From Macrostomum hystrix (lineage: Eukaryota > Animalia > Platyhelminthes): 64,000 bases of DNA. The notes under the pieces were generated by a model. The model was not told where the DNA came from, did not search any database, and worked only from the letters and a program-made list of their open reading frames with translations. Position 1 is the stretch's first letter; each line of letters starts with the position of its first letter. The position numbers and the translations under genes are program-made. The DNA is taken from NCBI GenBank assembly GCA_950097015.1, contig CATNEN010000001.1:21948001-22012000 (forward strand), read 5' to 3'. Positions 1 to 12,942 of the stretch are shown here, one piece after another.

Positions 1-160
1 GGAGAGGAGAGTAGAAGAGAGGAGAGGAGAGGAGATGAGAGGAGAGGAGATGAGAGGAGAGGAGATGAGAGGAGAGGAGAGGAGAGGAGAGGAGAGGAGA
101 GGAGAGGAGAGGAGAGGAGAGCATAGGAGAGGAGAGTAGAGGAGAGGGGAGGGGAGGAGA
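1..160 (+). repeat. (GGAGA)n microsatellite (also 838-929)
   Basis: direct inspection. Confidence 0.95.
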
Positions 161-1651
161 GAAAAACGTTTACGGAAGATAGTCATAAATTAGGCATCTA
201 AAGCTTCGTAACCTCCGAAAAATGATATTTAATTCTTTTTTGATGAAGTTAATTTGATTACTCGAAATCTCAAGTCCTTCTATTCAGTTTTCCTTTATTG
301 ATACTTTTCTTTGTAAATTCTAGTGTACATTAAAGCACAAACGTTATTGGGGCAGATGCTGAGCAGTTCAAGCTGTTTGGGATCTTTAAGAAGTGGCTGC
401 ACCCACTGTGGCCAGTAATTTTTATGGCAACAAGTCCGCCTATTTCGGGAGTGAGGTCGGCATGCCTTCCTGGTCGATGCATTTTGTAATTCTTCTATAA
501 GCAAGTGGGGATGGTGGGTGGGAACTGGCATTGCTGTGCCTGAGCTCCGGCTGGGCAACTCGCCAGCTCAACTGCGGGAATCGGTGAGTATTATCCCCAG
601 CTAATGCCTGCTCAAGTGCTCATTCTGCCTTCTGTGAGAAGCTGCTGCTGCTGCTGTGGTAGACAGGCTTAGTTGTAGTAGAAAACATTTGTGAGAGTGG
701 ATGAGCACTGCTGATCTGCTGGTCTGTTCGTGTGGAAGAATATTTGTCTACGGATGATTCCCAGACAGCAGTGCATTGCTGCTGAGAAACTGAACTCTGA
801 TTAAATGACTGCATCGGCCTGAGACTGATGCTGGAGAGAAGAGGAGAGGAGAGAAGAGGAGAGGAGAGGAGAGGAGTGAAGAGGAGAGGAGAGGAGAGGA
901 GAGGAGAGGAGAGGAGAGGTGAGGAGAGGATTATGAGAAAAATAGTTAATGTTCATTTGAGTCTATGGTGATAGCTTGTCAGTTATTTAATGCAAAGCAA
1001 CGTATCCAAAAAGTGGACCGGTCGCTCACACGGACAATCGAGAAATATAGCCGTGCAAAACTTGTACCAAGTGTCAATAAATGTCAAACTGGCGCAGAAA
1101 CAGCTTTCTCCGCTGAAATTCATACTACATGCTGCGGTGATGCGTAAGCAGCCAATTAAGACTAGCTGCAGCTCAGATACAGCTCAAACTGTGCTCAAAA
1201 TTTTGGATGGCTGTCTTGCGAGCTTGGGAATATGGATTTGAGTTATGGCAGTACTAATAGACATGTTTTTCTCGGCTAATCGATTCCTAGTTGCTGACTA
1301 AACATTTGCTGTAAAAAGTGCCCAGTTGTGCCCAGAACATCTGTCGCTTCAAGAGGAACTCACGGACTTGAGTAAGGAGTCACTGCGATCAGCCCGCATT
1401 AGCGGTGGCTGTTCATCACTCGTCCCTGAAATGCGTTTAGTTGTGGGAGCGTTTTTTAAGAATAAATACTGCGAAACACTGGGACTGGTGTAATCATCAC
1501 GGCTCTGAGTAAATACGAGGATAAAAATGACACAATTCTGCAAATAATCAGCTTATGCAATTCTCATTTATATTCATTAGTAAATTTGATTGATAAAAAC
1601 GAATGGGCTCATTTGTTTCTATAATTTCCTCCTTTTTTGGAACAAAAGCAG

Positions 1652-1777
1652 AGCTTACAAGCCGAGTTGGTTGAAGTTCGCACTCGAGCTAGCGAAGTTC
1701 ATGGCAGTCAAGTATCTGTCAGCTCGCAGCAGCAGCAGCAGCAGCAGCAGCATCAAGAACAGCAATCGCAACGCGAT

Positions 1778-1842
<65 letters not shown>

Positions 1843-1881
1843 GCATCAAGAACAGCAATCGCAACGCGATCAGCAGCAGCA

Positions 1882-1933
<52 letters not shown>

Positions 1934-1982
1934 CAAGAACAGCAATCGCAACGCGATCAGCAGCAGCAGCAGCAGCAGCAGA

Positions 1983-2064
<82 letters not shown>

Positions 2065-2092
2065 GCATCAAGAACAGCAATCGCAACGCGAT

Positions 2093-2182
<90 letters not shown>

Positions 2183-2359
2183 CAAGAACAGCAATCGCAA
2201 CGCGATCAGCAGCAGCAGCAGAAGCAGAACCAGCTGCAACTGTCGGAATTGTCCACCGATAAAATGAACAATAACAACAGCGATGACGCTGTTGCTATGG
2301 CAGCCAATTTCTCAGCGACGACAATGAAAAGAATAGACAAAGTTGAGTCTAGAATTCAG
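1652..2359 (+). CDS. Dys: Dystrophin-like gene, internal exon 1 of window (polyQ-rich)
   Basis: aagcag| acceptor after a pyrimidine tract; CAG|gtaaat donor at 2360; phase 0/0; 236 codons SLQAELVEVR...KVESRIQ; joins the next exon in frame. Confidence 0.75.
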
Positions 2360-2754
2360 GTAAATTGACGAGTAACTCATCTAAACATGAACAAATTTAT
2401 TTTAAATTATATAAAAACTTGTATTACTCTTGCACTAGTCTACACCCTAAAAGTACATTAAGGCCACTAGCACGACTTACGGTAATAATTTCTCCCATAG
2501 CTGGCATAAGACATTGTGAATATGCTTATAAACGGTGCTTCCACGCCGATGATTGCCTGCTGCTTTCACGCAAATCCTGCATCAGTCTCACCCAGATCTC
2601 ATTGCATACTGCTCCTATTCCAATATTCTTCCTATTTCCCGTTTTCGTCTTTGGAGTCGTTCAGGAAGCATGCTTGGCTTAGCCAAGAAAATCCCTGCTC
2701 AAAGTACTGCTCAATACGTCTTTTGGGTCGATTGAAGTAGACGGGTGGATTCGT

Positions 2755-2960
2755 AAATAGGTAGATTAGTAGATTGGTTGATTAGTAGATTGGTAGATTA
2801 GTAGATTGGTTGATTAGTAGATTGGTACATTGGTAGAAAAGTAGATAGGTAGATTAGTAGATTGGTAGATTGCTGGATTATTAGACTGGTAGATTAGTAG
2901 ATTGGGAGATGAAGAGATTGATAGATCGGTAGATTAGTAGATGGACAAGGTAGATTGATA
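2755..2960 (+). repeat. GATT(A/G)GTA 8-mer tandem repeat
   Basis: direct inspection. Confidence 0.85.
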
Positions 2961-3050
2961 TGGATGTTGAACTTGTCGATAAACTGTGAGTATATAGCAG
3001 TGCACGTAAAACCTTATTCAAAACATGACATTCATTTCTTCTTATTTCAG

Positions 3051-3281
3051 GCTCTTCTAAAAGAGCAGTCTATTTGCAGCAGTTCTCAGTCAATTTGTGC
3101 TCAGCCTGTTGGCAGTGCCCAAAGTTCCTATCCGAATTCGGCTAATGTAGAAGTGGCAACATTAGGCAGTGAAGCATTTCAAATTCGCGCCAAAATTGAG
3201 GACCTCAGTTCGGGTCTGCTGAGCATGCGCAACAGTCTGGCAGCGGTGAAAACTCCCCAGCAACTCGTGGAGCATATCGAG
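3051..3281 (+). CDS. Dys: Dystrophin-like exon 2 (rod region)
   Basis: tttcttcttatttcag| acceptor; GAG|gtgagg donor; phase 0/0; ALLKEQ...QLVEHIE. Confidence 0.8.
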
Positions 3282-3429
3282 GTGAGGCTGATTGTCTCTT
3301 TATTCGAGAGATCTTTTAATTGGAAATGTTTGACATAATCGAATGTGGCCTCGCCGCGAATTCGAGCTCAGGTTGGACAGGGGAACACGTTAACGACTGT
3401 ACTTTTTTGTCGATTTCAACATTTCTAAT

Positions 3430-4152
3430 TCAAATCCCAAAGATCCCAATGATCCCAAAGATCCCAAATCCCAAGATCCCAAATCCAAGATCCCAAATCC
3501 CAAGCGATCCAAATCCCAAGATCCCAAATCCGAAGCGATCCCAAGATCCCAAGATCTCAAATTTCATATCCTAAATTTCAGATCCTAAATTTCAAACACC
3601 AAATTTTAGATCCCGAAACACAAGATCCCAAATCGAAAGATCCCAATTCGCAAGGTCCTAAATCTCAAGATCTGAAATCCCAAGATCCCGAATCCCAAGA
3701 TCCCAAATCCCAAGATCCCAAATCCAAAGATCGCAAATCCCATGATCTCAAATTTCATATCCAAAATTTTAGATCCAAAATTTCAGATCCCTAATTTCAG
3801 ATCCTAAATCGCAAGATCCCAAATCGAAGGATGCCAATCCGCAAGATCCCAAATCCCAAGATCCCAAAACCCAAGATCCCAAATGCCAAGATCCCAAATG
3901 CCAAGATCCCAAATGCCAAGATCCCAAATGCCAAGATCCCAAAACCCAAGATCCCAAATGCCAAGATCCCAAATGCCAAGATCCCAAATGCCAAGATCCC
4001 AAATGCCAAGATCCCAAATCCCAAGATCCCAAATCCCAAGATCCTAAATCCCAAGATCCCAAATCCCAAGATCCTAAGATCCCACTCCACTAACCATATC
4101 CAAGATCCCAGATCCCAGATCCCAGATCACGGATCCCAGATCCCAGATCCCA
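3430..4152 (+). repeat. 15-bp minisatellite GATCCCAAAT(C/G)CCAA
   Basis: direct inspection. Confidence 0.92.
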
Positions 4153-4704
4153 GATTTTTATTGATGATTCCATAGTTTGAAAAGCTTGAAAAATATGTTC
4201 ATGCACTTTTATTTTGGCGGCATGTAGAACAATCCTAAAAGGATATCAATTCACTAACATAGAGAGCCATTTCAGCATGTTTAAAAGCTTCTGGTAGATA
4301 AATAGTGGCTAGATAGATGATCTCGCGAAAATCATCTTGTTTACTAATTACTATTCATAAACTTAAAAAATGCTTCTGAAAAATCACTCCTACATCTTAG
4401 CCTCTCTCTAGTACCCCAAATCTCCGTTGAGACAAGCATGCCTTTGAGCAATAATTCCTCCAATTCAGTTTTATCGTATATTTTCTTTCCAGATCTATGT
4501 GGACTTTGTAAATGAAGTAAGTTAAAAAGTAAATTTTCTTTGAAATATCAACTTTTTGAGGGTTTCACTGCATACGAGTATAAACTGCTTCTTCTAACTA
4601 AAAACAAATACTCGTATTTTACTACTGACTAAACCTTCTTGTGAGTAGTGACATGCAGACTTTATGCTATTTTGACTATTTTGTAAAAAAAAACACTTTT
4701 CCAG

Positions 4705-4815
4705 CATTATCGAGGCCACATGAATCTAATTGATGAAGACATCGGCGATCTTCTTGAATTGGACAATAACGGCAAAGCTTCAAGCTTCTCGCACATTGAG
4801 TTGGAAGAATTGAAG
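4705..4815 (+). CDS. Dys: Dystrophin-like exon 3
   Basis: cttttccag| acceptor; AAG|gtattt donor; phase 0/0; HYRGHMNLIDEDIGDLLE...ELEELK (missing from the ORF track). Confidence 0.7.
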
Positions 4816-4886
4816 GTATTTTCATTATTGTCAGTGGACAACAAGAGACTGGTTTGAACAGCAAGCCGGTTTCTTGCCAATTTCAG

Positions 4887-5009
4887 CGCTTCTGGCAACT
4901 GAAATCTGCTCAGCTTGAGCAAGAACTTGCGCTATTGAACTCGGCCTATCCAATGGCTGTGGAGCTACTATCGCTAACTCAGCAGAGGGACTTGAAATAC
5001 TCCACATCT
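4887..5009 (+). CDS. Dys: Dystrophin-like exon 4
   Basis: follows a 71-nt intron; tttcag| acceptor; TCT|gtgagc donor; phase 0/0; RFWQLKSAQLEQELALL, a spectrin helix C-like segment. Confidence 0.7.
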
Positions 5010-5087
5010 GTGAGCAGTCCAGCAGTCCACTTGCGAACTACGAATATAACAAAACTGATTCTCTAATAATAGGAAAAATCTCTACGA

Positions 5088-5760
5088 AAATCCCATCCTT
5101 AGATTCCCATACTTAAAATCCCATCCATAGAATCTCATCCTTTTAATCCCATCTTTTGAATCCCATTCCTAGAATCTCATCCGTAGAATCCCATCCATAG
5201 AATCCCATCCATAGAATCCCATCCTTCTAATCCCATCCTTTAAATCCCATTCCTAGAATCTCATCCGTAGAATCCCATCCATAGAATCCCATCCTTAGAA
5301 TCCCATCCTTAGAATCCCATTCTTAGAATCCCATCCATAGAATCCCATCCTTAGAATCCCATTTTTAGAATCCCATTCTTAGAATCCCATCCATAAAATC
5401 CCATCCATAGAATCCCATCCTTAGAATCCCATCCATATAATCCCATCCTTGGAATCCCATCATTAGAATCCCATTCCTAGAATCTCATCCGTAGAATCCC
5501 ATCCATAGAATCCCATCCATAGAATCCCATCCTTCTAATCCCATCCTTAGAATCCCATTCCTAGAATCTCATCCGTAGAATCCCATCCATAGAATCCCAT
5601 CCATAGAATCCCATCCTTCTAATCCCATCCTTAGAATCCCATTCCTAGAATCTCATCCGTAGAATCCCATCCATAGAATCCCATCCTTAGAATCCTATCC
5701 TTAGAATCCCATCCATAAAATCCCATCCTAAGAATCCCATCCTTAGAATCCCATCCGTTA
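5088..5760 (+). repeat. 14-15-bp minisatellite AGAATCCCATCC(A/T)T
   Basis: direct inspection. Confidence 0.92.
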
Positions 5761-6030
5761 GACCACATCCTCTGAATCACTTTCTTATCCCATCAATCGA
5801 AATTCCAACCTTCAAATCTAAACCTGTAAACCTAAAATCTGATCCTAGAAGTCCCGTCCTCTAAATCAAATCTATAGGGCCACTATCCCTAAAATTCCAG
5901 CTTAAAATCAAATCCGCGAAATTGTGCTAAAAAACCCTTCTCTATAATCCCTTATCTAAAAGATCCTCTTTAAAGCGCCAACTCTAGCATTCCAGCAACA
6001 ACATCCCTACTCAAAACTGGCGCCTCTCAG

Positions 6031-6368
6031 TACTCGGATCGTCGGATTCAGTCGCTGACTCAGCAGCTTCGCAAGCGCGGCTTTCACAGCCTCGGCTGCA
6101 GCCAATCAGACGGCTCCTCCGCATCGGTGGCTTCCAGTCTGGTGACGAAAATTCGCGCCGCCTCGGCTGCCGATCGCGAGCTGGCCGTGCGTCGACTCCG
6201 CCGTCTGTTGAACAGGCCTCCGCAACAGGCCGCGGCCGCAGCCACCCTCCAGCTGGTCGATGAGAGCAACCGCTGCCTGTCGAGGTCTCGGCACCTGCTG
6301 TCGGCGGAGGAAGCCAGCGGATATGACAACGAGATTGACAGGCTCAGAGCGAGAGAAAGATGCTCCAG
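6031..6368 (+). CDS. Dys: Dystrophin-like exon 5
   Basis: cctctcag| acceptor; AG|gtgaga donor; phase 0/2; GC-rich helical peptide YSDRRIQSL...EIDRLRARERCS. Confidence 0.75.
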
Positions 6369-6384
6369 GTGAGACTCCTGTGAT

Positions 6385-6765
6385 CTTGGATGGGAATTAG
6401 GGATGGGATTTAGGTGGGATGAAGGATAGGATCAAGGATGGAATCAAGGATGGGATCTTGGACGGGATCTAAGGATGTGATCAAGTATGGGATTTAGGAT
6501 TGGATCTAGGATGGGATCTTGGGAGGGATCTAGAATGGGATCTAGGGATGGGATCTAGTATGGGATTTAGGATTTGATCAAGTATGGGATCTAGTATGGG
6601 ATCTGGGATGGGATCTTGGATGGGATCTGGGATGGGATCTGGGATGGGATCTAGGATGGGATCTTGGATGGGATCTGGGATGGGATCTGGGATGGGACCT
6701 AGAATGTGTTCTAGGATGTGATCTAGGGATGGGATCTGTTATGGGATTTGGGGTGGGATCTAGGA
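6385..6765 (+). repeat. 12-13-bp minisatellite GGATGGGATCT(A/G/T)
   Basis: direct inspection. Confidence 0.9.
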
Positions 6766-7867
6766 GGTATCTAACTATTGATTAATTAATGACAATTGAT
6801 TTTGAATCTATTCAAACATGTTATTTATTCTATAAAATATTTTGCAATTAATTTAATATCACTTAATTAAATGATAATTTTATCTACTTTCAGTAGTATT
6901 GGCATAGTCGTAATACTGATTTTCGGATTTCTTTTTTATTAAAAACACTTTTGGCTTTAAAATTCTTCTATGAATCAATTGAATTTCGATTACAAAACAA
7001 CCCAATCTATTGGTCAATTAATTAAAAAACCTATTAATTACTTACCTAATACAACAAATCAATCAGTTTATAGACCTCGCGAAATTGAAATCAAATTTTG
7101 TGCAACCAAAGAACAAATCAAAGAACAACAGATTTATGCCAAAATGTACAGCCAAGTCAATACTGAGCAGCAAGTACTCATAGATTTGAGGTGCTGCTAA
7201 TTCTATAGCAATCCTGCTCAACAGATCTATCCGCTTGACGGAATCTCATTTCCTTGATCAGTCTTTTTAGGATCCCCACGCTTAGCTTTAGCTGTTTAGT
7301 TCAATAGTCTCTGGGCAGGAGTGATGCAAGCAAATGATGCGCAGGGACGTGAGGGTGGTAAGGAAAGCCACACACAAAGCGGAAACTTCAAAGAGGAAGC
7401 TCCTGGAAGGATAATATGCTATCGGGACACCCTGAGAAGAGATATGGGATCAGAGATGCTGGCCGGAGAGATGGGAAGAGAGAGACTGGGGTAGCAGGTC
7501 TGTTTCCTCAAATCCCTTTAATCCATCTTCATAGCATTACCGCATAGCAACTGGGACAGTGATCTACTAATTAAAAAAGGCCGATATCAGTGACTTCCTG
7601 CTGCAGTTGTGGGCTCATTCAGTCCGTCTCTTTTAGCCTACGAGAAAATAAAAAGTAAAAGTAGTTATTTTAAATAGATTTATAGATTATAAAAGTGGAA
7701 CAATACACTTACTGTCTCCATCGCTTCATATGGGGTAGAAATTTTGGATGAGTGAGACGCGGTACCCCAGTCCATGGACTGAACACTGTACACAGACTTT
7801 GGAAGCGCGTTTGAAATGCTGCGGCTTTACTTCTGAACTGTTTGTCTTCATAATAATAAAATTAAAT

Positions 7868-8181
7868 TCAGGAGGGCTGCGGGCAATGGCACATCATCTG
7901 GTGACACTAGATCCGCAGCCAGCGAGGTGGCAATTCTGCCCATTTCGCTGACTCCTGAGCACACGCGCGCACAGATACCGTACGCAGGCACACGCTCACA
8001 CAGGCGTGTACATCTGCCCTGACTTTCTCATCGTCAGGCAGTGTACACTCTCACTGTGCATTAGGCGTCAATTGTACGACAAGCCCCCAAGCCTTCTCTC
8101 CGCGTCTGCGCCCCAAATGAATGTGGCCTCGCCGCGGAATCGAGCTCAGGGACCTCGGTGCGAGAGGCAAACGCGTTGACC
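7868..8181 (-). mobile_element. tRNA-derived SINE family A copy (slightly 5'-truncated)
   Basis: Near-identical to the copies at 29022, 34462, 44976 and 48357; B-box-like GCTCGATTCC; (ATT)n-like tail. Confidence 0.85.
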
Positions 8182-8599
8182 CTTATCTTACCTCATACAA
8201 TTTGTCTTTTTTAGAAAAATACAAGTAAATAGGTGGACAAGAAAATTATCCAATCAAAGGGATGAATGTAGTCAGTAATACAATTCTGATTTCGCAATTA
8301 TGGCAAAACTAATGTTGTTTTTATGGCTATGAAAAGAGCTAACTGAATATTGATGGCGTTCAGAAAAAAACACTAGGAAGAGATTGAACGAGCCATAAAT
8401 CAATAGACTCGAACGAGGGTTCGCTTCTACTAAGTTTCTTTTGCTCCCGCAAGCCCATTGCTTTGATACATTGTGCTTGGGTATGAAGATGCTAATTCTG
8501 TTGGCTTGGCCCCGACATTGTTGAGAAAGTGCAGACTCGAATTGGAGAGATTCGAAATGCGAAGACTTTGAAATGAGTGGCGAAATGGGAACTTTTGGC

Positions 8600-9912
8600 A
8601 TCTCTCAAATCTCTCTCAAATCTCTCTTAAATCCCTCTCAAATCTCTCTCAAATCTCTCTCAAATCTCTCTCAAATCTTTCTCAAATCTCTCTTAAATCT
8701 CTCTCAAATCTCTCTCAAATCTCTCTCAAATCTCTCTCAAGTCTTTCTCAAGTCTCAAATCTCTCTCAAATCTCTCTCAAATCTCTCTCAATCTCTCTCA
8801 AATCTCTCTCAAATCTCTCTCAAGTCTCTCTCGAATTTCTCTCAAATCTCTCTCAAATCTCTCTCAAATCTCTCTCAAATCTCTCTCAAGTCTTTCTCAA
8901 ATCTCTCTCAAATCTCTCTCAAGTCTTTCTCAAATCTTTCTCAAATCTCTCTCAAATCTCTCTTAAATCTCTATCGAATCTTTCTCAAGTCTCTCTCAAG
9001 TCTTTCTCGAATCTCTCTCAAATCTCTCTCAAATCTCTCTCAAATCTCTCTCAAATCTCTCTGGAATCTCTCTCAAATCTCTCTCGAATCTCTCTCAAAT
9101 CTCTCTCAAATCTCTCTCAAATCTCTCTCAAATCTCTCTGGAATCTCTCTCAAATCTCTATCGAATCTTTCTCAAATCTCTCTGGAATCTCTCTCAAATC
9201 TCTATCGAATCTTTCTCAAATCTCTCTGGAATCTCTCTCAAATCTCTCTCAAGTCTTTCTCAAATCTCTCTGGAATCTCTCTCAAATCTCTCTCAAGTCT
9301 TTCTCAAATCTCTCTCAAATCTCTCTCAAATCTCTATCGAATCTTTCTCAAATCTCTCTGGAATCTCTCTCAAATCTCTATCGAATCTCTCTCAAATCTC
9401 TCTCAAATCTCTCTCAAATCTCTCTGGAATCTCTCTGGAATCTCTCTCAAATCTCTCTCAAATCTCTCTGAAATCTCTCTCAAATCTCTATCGAATCTCT
9501 CTCAAATCTCTCTCAAATCTCTCTCAAATCTCTCTGGAATCTCTCTCAAATCTCTATCGAATCTCTCTGGAATCTCTCTCAAATCTCTCTCAAGTCTTTC
9601 TCAAATCTCTCTCAAGTCTCTCTCAAATCTCTCTCGAATCTCTCTCAAATCTCTCTCAAATCTCTCTCAAATCTCTCTCAAATCTCTCTCAAGTCTTTCT
9701 CAAATCTTTCTCAAATCTCTCTCAAATCTCTCTCAAATCTCTCTCAAATCTCTCTCAAATCTCTCTCAAATCTCTCTCAAGTCTTTCTCAAATCTTTCTC
9801 AAATCTCTCTCAAATCTCTCTCAAATCTCTCTCTAGTCTTTCTCAAATCTTTCTCAAATCTCTCTCAAATCTCTCTTAAATCTCTATCGAATCTTTCTCA
9901 AGTCTCTCTCAA
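8600..9912 (+). repeat. 11-bp minisatellite AATCTCTCTCA
   Basis: direct inspection. Confidence 0.95.
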
Positions 9913-10759
9913 AATATATCTTTCATCTCTCTTCTGCCCCATCGTTAGTCCTCTCGTTTATCCCATATCTCATACTCCACATCGCACTTGCACTAGGGAT
10001 AAAAAGAATCGAAAATTGGATCAGAGCACACATGTCATTGGCGTTATCCTGGCCCCTGAAACAAACTTTCCCTTCTCTTGCCCCCCTGGAAATAAAATTA
10101 GACTGATCTGTGTCACAGCTGCCGCTGCAGCTTCCGCTGTAGCCTTTCGCAGCCGTGTCCGAACAGCAGGTCAACTCGGATTGGATGCAGCTCTGGGGAG
10201 GGGGGTAGGTTGCTAGGGCACACTCACCACTCACTGCACCCCCAACCCTGAGCCATCTCTCGTCCTCTCTCCCCTCTCCCCTAACCCCTCAGCCACACTT
10301 CTAATCATCCATTCGGTGGCACGTGCAAAACTATTTCTTGAGGCTAGACTAGCAAACAGCAAAGACCAGCCGGCACACTTCTGCCCTAACCCAAGTCCAC
10401 CCCCCCTGTTTCTTATTTGCTTCGATAGATATGAAATAGTCAAGTCCACACAGACAGGGATAGATCGGGCAGCTGTGATCTCTCGAAACAATCAGGTTAG
10501 TTACTATTCCCTTCGGGCACAGAAACGAAGTGAGCAGACATGCTTCGAGTTGATGCCTCATTTGAGTGACAACCTTGGTTGACAGACAGACAAAGGGTCA
10601 GCAATGTCCCACTCGTGTGCTCAAAGAAATGCAAGAATTCGGTGAGTTGTTTGACTTTCGACTCAAGCTTGACTTGAGCAGAGGGGCTGGTTTAAGACTA
10701 GCTCCTGACAGGTGCCATGATAAATCCTTAAACACCCTGACCCAACCTGAGATGAGACA

Positions 10760-11398
10760 TCCTGACCCACCCTGAAGAATCCTGACCTACTCTGAAGAAT
10801 CCTGACCTACCCTGAAGAATCCTGACCTACTCTGAAGAATCCTGACCTACCCTGAAGAATCCTGACCTACTCTGAAGAATCCTGACCTACCCTGAAGAAT
10901 CCTGACCTACTCTGAAGAATCCTGACCTACCCTGAAGAATCCTGACCTACTCTGAAGAATCCTGACCTACCCTGGAGAATCCTGACCTACTCTGAAGAAT
11001 CTTGACCTACCCTGAAGAATCCTGACCTACTCTGAAGCATCCTGACCTACCCTGAAGAATCCTGACTCACCATGAAGAATCCTGACCTACCCTGAAGAAT
11101 CCTGACCTACCCTGAAGAATCCTGACCTACCCTGAAGAATCCTTACCTACCCTGAAGAATCCTGACCTACCCTGAAGAATCCTGACCTACTCTGAAGAAT
11201 CCTGACCTACCCTGGAGAATCCTGACCTACTCTGAAGAATCTTGACCTACCCTGAAGCATCCTGACCTACCCTGAAGAATCCTGACCCATCCTGACCCAT
11301 AATTTCATATTCTGACCCATTATGACACATCCTGACCCATTTTGACACATCCTGACCCCATTTTGACACATCCTGACCCATTTTGACACATCCTGACT
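10760..11398 (+). repeat. 20-bp minisatellite (C/T)CTGAAGAATCCTGACCTAC
   Basis: direct inspection; alternating C/T variants give a 40-bp dimer. Confidence 0.95.
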
Positions 11399-11444
11399 TC
11401 ATCTTACTGACTATTCTGAACAATCTTCAACGCTGCCCGTGCAG

Positions 11445-11870
11445 TCGCTGGCTGGACGGCAGTCAGCAGTGGCAGGAGTTCCTGACCGCAGCTCACCTCA
11501 TGACAGCGGCGGCTGAGAACCTGAGCACAGCTGGCAGCGATGAGCAGGACTGCAAAGGCAGAGAGGCCAAGGCTCGAAGGCTCGCAAAGTCTGCTCAGGC
11601 AGCATGGGACAGAACGCACCAGTTGGCCAACTCGCTCCTTTTTGAGCTGGACAACGACGAGATTCCAGAATGCTTCGACAATGTCGCCATCCAGGAGATC
11701 AGCGCCAACGAAACGGGCACTGTCAGGAGGCGTCGAAATGGTGAAACTTCGAGATCTGGCAACGGCTGCTCGCCGGCTGCAATCGCTGTTGAAGGCTCCG
11801 CAACCAAGTCCGAGGTGTTGCGGCTCTTTCAGCAGCAGCGCGAGAAGCTGGCGAAATCGCAGGAGAACTG
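11445..11870 (+). CDS. Dys: Dystrophin-like exon 6 (spectrin-like repeat)
   Basis: gtgcag|T phase 2 completes AG+T=Ser; RWLDGSQQWQEFL...AQAAWDRTHQLA; probable donor TG|gttcgt at 11871 (phase 2). Confidence 0.75.
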
Positions 11871-11939
11871 GTTCGTTGGCTGCAGTTGAGCACTTTGAGC
11901 ACCTTAGGAATTCAACGATCTAAGTTATCTTCCAGCTTT

Positions 11940-12455
11940 CTCACTCTCTCTATCTTATCTCCATCTCACTCTTATCTCCATCTCATTCTTATCTCCATCT
12001 CACTTTTATCTCCATCTCACTCTTATCTCCATCTTACTCTTATCTCCATCTCACTCTTATCTCCATCTCACTCTTATCTCCATCTCACTCTTATCTCCAT
12101 CTCACTCTTATCTCCATCTCACTCTTATCTCCATCTCACTCTTATCTCCATCTCACTCTTATCTCCATCTCACTCTTATCTCCATCTCACTCTTATCTCC
12201 ATCTCACTCTTATCTCCATCTCACTCTTATCTCCATCTCACTCTTATCTCCATCTCACTCTTATCTCCATCTCACTCTTATCTCCATCTCACTCTTATCT
12301 CCATCTCACTCTTATCTCCATCTCACTTCTCTTCCGTCTCACTCTTATCTCCATCTCACTCTTATCTCCATCTCACTCTTAACTCCATCTCACTCTTATC
12401 TCCATCTCACTCTTATCTCCATCTCACTCTTATCTCCGTCTCACTCTTATCTCCT
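11940..12455 (+). repeat. 17-bp minisatellite ATCTCACTCTTATCTCC
   Basis: direct inspection. Confidence 0.95.
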
Positions 12456-12942
12456 ACGCACTCCTGAGTGCCCAGTACTCTAAAATAGGCTTTAAAGTGC
12501 AGATTAAAACACACAGTCTCATTTAATTAATTAGGCTCGCATAATTATTTGAAAACACTCGCCCAGCTGACCAGTGAGCAGTGGGCACACTTCAATTTTT
12601 CCTAGCCAGCTGATTAAATCAATAGCGGCCAACTCGGTCCCAATGGCCCCAGGGCCCGCACTACTTCTGCTTGCCAGCTTTCTGTCTTCAGCCTTCAGAC
12701 AGTTTCTCTCACTGCCCGACTCAGACAGGAGACTGCTCAAGCCTCGCTAGTTGAGCAGCTCCCAAGGAGAAGAAAAACAAGAGAGGGGATTTTTGTGGGC
12801 ATGGGAACTGGGGGGAAGCTCCTCATGATCAGTGCTTAGGGATTTGGGAATTAGTTTTGTACAGCCATAGTCCTCATCGATGGATTATTTGGCTGAAAAA
12901 AAACTTTATACGACTGCATGAACGATAAATATTGTTTATTAA

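Noticed and set aside
490-830. Possible extra + exon ending TCG|gtgagt at ~583, or a minus-strand terminal exon at 620-830
   Set aside because: No convincing acceptor/start or recognisable homology; cannot be supported without transcripts
1590-2267. PolyS (+) and polyL (-) ORFs over the CAG tract
   Set aside because: Alternative frames of the repeat; only the polyQ frame fits the splice phases
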